Below are positions 1 through 5,233 of a stretch of DNA of 5,233 nucleotides, one piece after another. The notes beneath the pieces were generated by a model. The model worked only from the letters and a program-made list of their open reading frames with translations, was not told the DNA's origin and ran no database searches. Numbering within the stretch: the stretch's first letter is position 1; each line of letters opens with the position of its first letter. This stretch comes from Octopus sinensis (lineage: Eukaryota): NCBI RefSeq assembly GCF_006345805.1, contig NW_021830066.1:1-5233 (forward strand), written 5' to 3'. A program made the position numbers and the translations under genes.

Positions 1-133
1 GCCATTATGAATAGCAGTAGCCCTAAGACAGTGTCTTGTGGACCCCACTTGCTATTTGTGTTTCCTTGGAGGTGGCTCCGTTGGCCACCACTGCCTGACG
101 TCTATCTTTTAGAAAGGCATGCAGCCACTCTCC
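1..133 (-). mobile_element. Degenerate CR1/L2-like LINE reverse transcriptase fragment, running off the left edge of the window
   Basis: Reverse complement translates [31 protein letters not shown], then after a 1-nt frameshift PQDTVLGLLLFIM. This matches the CR1-type RT pattern W..FL..R.Q.V..NG..S.....SGVPQG.VLGP.LF. Confidence 0.8.
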
Positions 134-164
<31 letters not shown>

Positions 165-516
165 TATTAGAGACATATGTTTCTATATATATATATATAT
201 ATGTTTCTATATATATATATATGTTTCTATATATATATATAGGTTTCTATATATATATATGTTTCTATATATATATATATATTCTGTTTCTATATATAAT
301 ATATGTTTCTATATATATATATGTTTCTATATATTATATATTTTCATATATATATATATGTTTCTATATATATATATATGTTTCTATATATATATATGTT
401 TTCTATATATAATATATGTTTCTATATATATATATATGTTTCTATATATATATATATGTTTCTGTATATATATATATGTTTCTGTATATGCACATATATA
501 TATGTGTGTATATATA

Positions 517-565
<49 letters not shown>

Positions 566-586
566 TGTATGTATATGTGTATTTAT
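134..586. repeat. TA-based compound micro/minisatellite: (TA)n, then about 16 units of GTTTC(TA)n with a period near 20 bp (179-482), then a mixed (TA)/(TG) tract
   Basis: GTTTC or a variant starts at 179, 203, 223, 243, 261, 286, 305, 323, 341, 360, 380, 398, 418, 438, 458 and 478, separated by TA runs. Confidence 0.95.
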
Positions 587-1430
587 ATCATCATCCTTTA
601 ATATCCATTTATCACACCGGCATGGGTTGGATGGTTTGACCAGAGCTGGCAAGCAGGAGTGATGCACCAGGTCTTAGTCTGATTAGACCAGGTTTCTATT
701 GCTGGATAATCTTTCTGGTGCCAACCACTTAACTGTGTGTGCTGGGTTCTTTAAACATGACATGGCATATGTGTTCTTTCCTAGCACCAGTACATATGCT
801 ATTTATGTGGCACTAGTAGGCCAATCTTCATCAGTGGCTGGGGGATTATCACCTTTGTTGTGGAGGATTGTCACCTTTTCCATAAGCTCTAGTGTCCAGA
901 AGTCATTCTTTAGTATTTCATCCTGTGTCTTCATGAGTCTCGCTCTTCCCTGAGTTCCATCTACTTTGAATGATCAGCATTTCTTTTTGGAGCTGTCGAC
1001 ATCCATTTGCATCACATAATCAAACCAGCACAGTTGTCTCTCTTTCATACTGCCTCTAATTCCTCTTTTGCCTAACTTTTCTCTCAGTATTCTAGCACTT
1101 AGTTACACATGTACACTTAGATTGCACACCCAATGGAACTTACATCATTCCTCTCTAGCCTCTCTATTGTCTGCACACAAGGCCCACATCTGACTTCCAT
1201 TTAGAATTGCTGTTTGTATGCATGCATCATACAATTTTCCTTTCAATCTGAGAGAGAGAGAGAGAGAATTTTCTCCATCCTATTCTTATTGTAGCTATAA
1301 CATTTTCTGTACATCCTCCCCCACTACTAATTTGGTCCCCTAGGTAGCAGAAATTATCCACTACCTTCATTGAGCCTCTGGGGCATTCAAGAAAATCAAT
1401 TTCCCTAAATATCTGGAGTTTTTATGGCTT
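587..1430 (-). mobile_element. RTE-clade LINE, decayed 3' half (end of RT, C-terminal region, 3' UTR and GATGATGAT tail)
   Basis: Minus strand reads EIDFLECPRGSMKVVDNFCYLGDQISSGGGCTENVIATIRIGWRKF / RLKGKLYDACIQTAILNGSQMWAL / IERLERND / HWVCNLSVHV*LSARILREKLGKRGIRGSMKERQLCWFDYVMQMD / KKC*SFKVDGTQGRARLMKT. These are typical RTE motifs (YLG; K..LY..C....LYGSE.W; RW.GHV.RM; GR.RP..TW) broken by stops and frameshifts. The element ends in GATGATGAT (587-595). Confidence 0.85.
1250..1267. repeat. (GA)9 microsatellite inside the RTE ORF remnant
   Basis: Directly visible as GAGAGAGAGAGAGAGAGA. Confidence 0.95.
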
Positions 1431-2120
1431 GTTGTCAGCTGCTACAAGGGTATGGGAGATGCTGTGGATAGAAGTAATTATAGAGGCATCAAATTACTGG
1501 ACCAGCTAATAAAAATTACACAGTTAAAGACAACCTAACTAAGAAAAAATTAGACTAGATGATATGCAGTTTTGTTTTGATGTGGGGTGAAGCACTACCA
1601 ATGTGATTTTCATTGTTAGGCAACTGCAAGAGAAGTATTTAGCAAAGAATAAACTGTTATTCTTAGCATTTGTTGATCTTGAGAAAGCATTTGATGGAGT
1701 ACTCCTGTGTGTGATATAGTGGGCTTTGAGGAAGCTAGGGGTAAACCAGTCACTAATGTAAGTTATACAGGCCATGTACAGAGGCTCTGTCTGTAAAGTG
1801 AGAGTGAAGCGTGAATTTAGTGTACAGGTAGGAATAGAATTCAAGACTGGCTGTTTCTGGGAACTGCTATATGCTGCTCTCAAAGCAAATTCTCTATCAG
1901 AGCTAGAAGAGGAATTCCAGGTGTGGAAGCAAAACCTGGAATCTAATGACCTTATGGTTAGCATAGCAAAACAGACAGAACCCTACCCACTGCTTGCTAT
2001 GTAGGAAAGGTGTAGGCAGGAATTCCAAACAGTGTACTCAGTGCAAGCTATGGATATACAAGTAGTGCAGTGGAATAATAGTAAGGTTATCAAAGTCATG
2101 TTCATATGTAGAACACGCAA
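1431..2120 (+). mobile_element. RTE-clade LINE, decayed RT domain (N-terminal and central part) with a PHD-finger-like Cys-rich segment
   Basis: Plus strand reads VVSCYKGMGDAVDRSNYRGIKLLDQLIKIT / IRLDDMQFCF...STTNVIFIVRQLQEKYLAKNKLLFLAFVDLEKAFD (FVDLEKAFD at 1669-1695) ...WALRKLGV...AMYRGSVCKVRV...EFKTGCFWELLYA..SLSELEEEFQVWKQNLE / CLLCRKGVGRNSKQCTQCKLWIYK*C. It contains several stops, frameshifts and deletions. Confidence 0.88.
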
Positions 2121-2130
2121 GTGCTCCCAT

Positions 2131-2262
2131 ACCAGTCCACTTGTGTGTGTTGGGGGTAGAGTTGACAATGGGAAGGGTATACAGCTGTAGAAAATCTACC
2201 TCAATAAACTCTCTCTGAAAAATGGGAGCATGTATATGTGGCTCTTAAGATGATAGTGATGA
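2131..2262 (+). mobile_element. Isolated 3' tail of a LINE/SINE related to the tail of the minus-strand RTE copy
   Basis: 2161-2193 matches the reverse complement of 693-725 at 23/33 positions without gaps (core GGAAGGG..T.CAGCTGTAGAAA). It ends in a degenerate GAT tail (AAGATGATAGTGATGA). Resemblance to common octopus repeat tails is recalled, not searched. Confidence 0.55.
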
Positions 2263-2475
2263 ATATTTTCATTTTTTGTTGTATATTACTGAGGGATCTA
2301 AACATTGATTAAATACATGTGTACTTTGAAATATCTCTGATTACAGGTATTCATTTGTCACATTTTGCTGTCAGAAATGTGAGCCAATCACTAACTCATT
2401 AGAAATCCATAATCACTCATGCTATTATTCTCAAATTCCAATATAAGATAAAGTTTATGAATAAATACAACTCAG

Positions 2476-2505
2476 TCTCTACCTCTATAATCTTCCTACT
2501 TCCAG
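2476..2505 (+). promoter_or_regulatory. 3' splice acceptor (polypyrimidine tract + CAG) preceding the Kv1 core exon
   Basis: TCTCTACCTCTATAATCTTCCTACTTCCAG|G. The frame downstream is open into the channel ORF, and an in-frame TAA at 2462-2464 closes it upstream. Confidence 0.75.
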
Positions 2506-3919
2506 GTCATTTCCCAAGCACACAGAGGACGACAATGTCCATGTTGAAGATGGAATGGTTCCTGGCTGTGACTATGAACGGTGCGAACGTGTTGTCATCA
2601 ACGTAAGTGGACTGCGATTTGAAACACAGTTAAGAACACTTGCCCAGTTTCCAGATACTCTGCTGGGAAATCCAAAGAAACGAAATCGTTACTATGACCC
2701 TCTCCGAAATGAATATTTCTTTGATCGGAACCGTCCAAGTTTCGATGCAATACTCTATTATTATCAAAGTGGGGGTCGGTTACGAAAACCGGTAAATGTA
2801 CCTTTGGATGTATTTTCAGAGGAAATTAAGTTTTATGAACTTGGTGCTGAAGCAATTGAAAAATATCGTGATGATGAAGGATTTATTAAAGAGGAAGAAC
2901 GTCCACTTCCTGAGAATGAATTTCAACGTCGTGTATGGCTTCTATTTGAGTATCCAGAGAGTTCTACAGCTGCACGTCTGATAGCTATATTTTCTGTGGT
3001 AATAATTTTACTTTCTATTGTGATATTTTGCCTTGAAACTTTGCCTGAATTCAAACATTACAGGCTTGTAAATGAAACAATCGAAGAAGATGATATACCA
3101 AAATTTGGAGAACCTTTTTTCATTATTGAAACATGCTGCATAATATGGTTCACATCAGAACTTATGGTGAGATTTGCATCTTGCCCTGAAAAAATAGGAT
3201 TCTTTAAGAACATAATGAATCTCATTGATATTGTTGCTATCATTCCATACTTCATTACATTAGGTACAGTGATTGCAGATGAGAATAAGAGCAACAATCA
3301 GGCAATGTCTCTGGCTATTCTTAGAGTTATTAGATTAGTTAGAGTTTTTCGTATATTTAAGCTTTCAAGACATTCAAAAGGTTTACAAATTCTTGGTCAG
3401 ACATTGAAAGCTAGTATGAGAGAACTTGGCTTATTAATATTCTTTTTATTCATTGGGGTCATTTTATTTTCTAGTGCTGTGTATTTTGCTGAAGCTGATG
3501 CTGAGCAGACACATTTTAAAAGTATTCCAGACGCCTTTTGGTGGGCTGTAGTCACCATGACAACAGTTGGCTATGGTGATATGCGGCCCATTGGAGTATG
3601 GGGTAAATTGGTAGGGTCATTGTGTGCCATTGCTGGTGTATTAACCATAGCTTTACCTGTTCCCGTTATTGTTTCCAATTTTAATTATTTTTACCATAGA
3701 GAGACAGAGAATGATGATAAAGACAAATATCACCATGTTACATCTGCAATAAACTATCCAGAAAAAAGGAGTTCATATACTTCTGAAAATGGATCTGATA
3801 TTATGGAGATGGAAGAGGGTAGTGTCATTAATGAAAGAATCAAAGAAAACCATGCTACCAAAATTAACAATCCCACTAACTTAAATATGAATAATCTCAG
3901 TATTGAAACTGATGTATGA
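2506..3919 (+). CDS. Sh: Shaker-related voltage-gated potassium channel alpha subunit (Kv1/KCNA family). Single large coding exon; first in-frame ATG at 2555, true start probably in an upstream exon
   Basis: T1 domain ([15 protein letters not shown]...[25 protein letters not shown]), S1-S3, S4 with R/K every third residue ([22 protein letters not shown]), S5, pore TMTTVGYGD (TTVGYGD at 3560-3580), S6 [16 protein letters not shown], and C-terminal class I PDZ ligand ETDV followed by TGA (3917-3919). No intron interrupts 2506-3919. Confidence 0.97.
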
Positions 3920-4001
3920 AACCTGCCTCTTATCAAGGAAAGCTTCCCTTACCATTTGCTTTATTGTTGATATTATTACCTTCAAATTGGTTACTGTTTA
4001 G

Positions 4002-4049
4002 TAATAATAATAAAAGTAATGATAATAATAATGATTATTATTATTATTA
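4002..4049. repeat. (TAA)n followed by (TTA)n microsatellite in the probable 3' UTR
   Basis: TAATAATAATAAAAGTAATGATAATAATAATGATTATTATTATTATTA. Confidence 0.85.
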
Positions 4050-4239
4050 AAAGCATTTTCTTGCCATCACAACTTCTGAAGAAATAGTCTCCAAAAATAC
4101 AGTTGATTTTATTGCTGATTGAGGATAAAAAACTAATAAGTGGATCTTTAATGTTTTTAATTTATTTTCTTCTATTTTTGTGTAGGCTAAAACACCTTAA
4201 AGTATCTCTTTATCTTTCCAAATTTTAAATTTTGTAAAT

Positions 4240-4372
4240 ATTATTATTATTTATTATTTTTATTATTATTATTATTTATTTATTAGTATAATTATTTATT
4301 TATTATTATTTATTACTATAAATATTTATTTATTATTATTATTACCATTATTATTTATTATTATTGCTTATT
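4240..4372. repeat. Degenerate (TTA)n/(TTTA)n low-complexity tract
   Basis: Directly visible, with several ATTTA and TTATTTATT motifs. Confidence 0.9.
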
Positions 4373-5077
4373 TTACTCTTAGAAAGAAGCAAAAATATTT
4401 TAAAGTTTAATCTGTAAACCAATCAATATTAAAAATATTTAAAAAGTCCACTAAAAGAAACTTTTATTCAATGTCATATGAAAGTGTGAAGGTATCTTGG
4501 AAATATAGTCGATATTGCCACTGCCAAAGCAAATGTTATGTGAGACTGATATCAAGAGCTTTTCTGCGGAATTCCACTTCCTGATTTTTAGGACATCACA
4601 AAGGAAACTTTGTAATTATACTTTTCTTAATGAAATTCAGAGGAAAGATTTACCTTATACATCAGCCATGTGGATGACTCCATTACATAACTGAAGTTCA
4701 GTGTAATTTTGCACTAATGACAACAGTTACAGTTTCAATACTGGTAAGTACTATTACTGTTTCCTCTTCTCACCTCCCTTTTTGTTGTATTGTTTTTACT
4801 TAGTTTCAAAATCACTGAATAGTACAGTATTCATTAAATTGATTTGGTATGTATAATTTAGGGCTTTCTTCCCTGCAGATTTATAGTACTGTGCAATAGT
4901 TGTTTCGCAATTTCATCTCCCTAATTTTCTGATTGTTTTCTTGTAAACTCTGTAAATTACAATGATTTAAAAATATTTCTTGAAGTCTATGCATTTTTTA
5001 GTTGCTTTCAGTATGTTCTCCTTTGTGTTTGTTTAAAAACATGAGATATGTAAGAAACAACACCACTGACACATTTT

Positions 5078-5161
5078 CACATGTGTGTGTGTGTATGTAT
5101 GTATGTATGCATGCATCCATCCATCCATACATACATACACACACACAAACACACACACACA
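5078..5161. repeat. Compound microsatellite (TG)6(TATG)4 CATG (CATC)3(CATA)3(CA)n
   Basis: Directly visible. Confidence 0.92.
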
Positions 5162-5233
5162 TAGTTGAAATTTACAGAAAAACAAAAGACAAAGACAGGT
5201 GTATAAACAACAAGCAGGTGTATTAGTTTGACA

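Noticed and set aside
179-482. Regularly spaced GTTTC units superficially like a CRISPR array
   Set aside because: The spacers are plain TA runs rather than unique sequence, the context is eukaryotic, and there are no cas genes.
119-667. ORFs 119-412, 259-639, 303-662, 416-601 and 422-667 (YI-rich)
   Set aside because: These are translations of TA/TG repeats that lack stops by chance; no protein-like content.
699-953. ORF 699-953 (+)
   Set aside because: It is antisense to the RTE 3' end and has no recognisable motif.
562-2150. Target-site duplication flanking the inverted RTE
   Set aside because: Only weak TG-rich similarity exists between 562-586 and 2138-2150, which is not convincing.
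1539-2168. ORFs 1539-1964 (-) and 1983-2168 (-)
   Set aside because: They are antisense shadows of the decayed plus-strand RT.
2341-2395. Alternative acceptor-like TTACAG|GT (2341-2348) and branch-point-like CACTAAC (2389-2395)
   Set aside because: The acceptor has a weak pyrimidine tract and is followed by an in-frame stop before the CDS. The branch-like motif is about 110 nt from the supported AG with other AGs in between. Neither can be supported without RNA data.
2600-2608. Donor-like AAC|GTAAGT inside the CDS
   Set aside because: It is formed by Val-Ser codons of the conserved INVSG motif. Protein homology is continuous across it, so no intron is needed; it is at most a cryptic site.
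2796-3936. ORFs 2796-2981 (+), 3058-3297 (-) and 3754-3936 (-)
   Set aside because: Short alternative-frame or antisense ORFs overlapping the highly conserved Kv1 CDS, with no independent support.
4009-4014. AATAAA as the poly(A) signal
   Set aside because: It falls within a TAA microsatellite in very AT-rich sequence with several ATTAAA alternatives, so the transcript end cannot be assigned.
5002-5226. ORF 5002-5226 (+)
   Set aside because: It starts at TTG and largely translates the compound microsatellite.

Overview
AT-rich, microsatellite-rich animal genomic DNA, most likely octopus/coleoid cephalopod (inferred from repeat style and protein similarity). The main feature is one uninterrupted coding exon for a Shaker/Kv1 (KCNA-family) voltage-gated K+ channel: T1 domain, S1-S6, TTVGYGD pore and C-terminal ETDV PDZ motif (ORF 2555-3919). 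The frame extends upstream to a strong splice acceptor at 2504-2505, so the true N-terminus probably lies in an upstream exon outside the window. The upstream 2.3 kb is a cluster of decayed LINEs: a CR1-like RT fragment, a TA-based minisatellite, and an RTE-type element split into a minus-strand 3' half and a plus-strand 5' half that are contiguous in element coordinates (inversion or twin-priming signature). That element carries a PHD-finger-like module inside its RT. The most interesting observations are the inverted LINE, the PHD-in-RT module, genomic codons in the channel that look poised for A-to-I recoding, and a sharp CGN-to-AGR arginine codon switch at the T1/S1 boundary. All alignments were done by eye, and comparisons to homologues are from memory.
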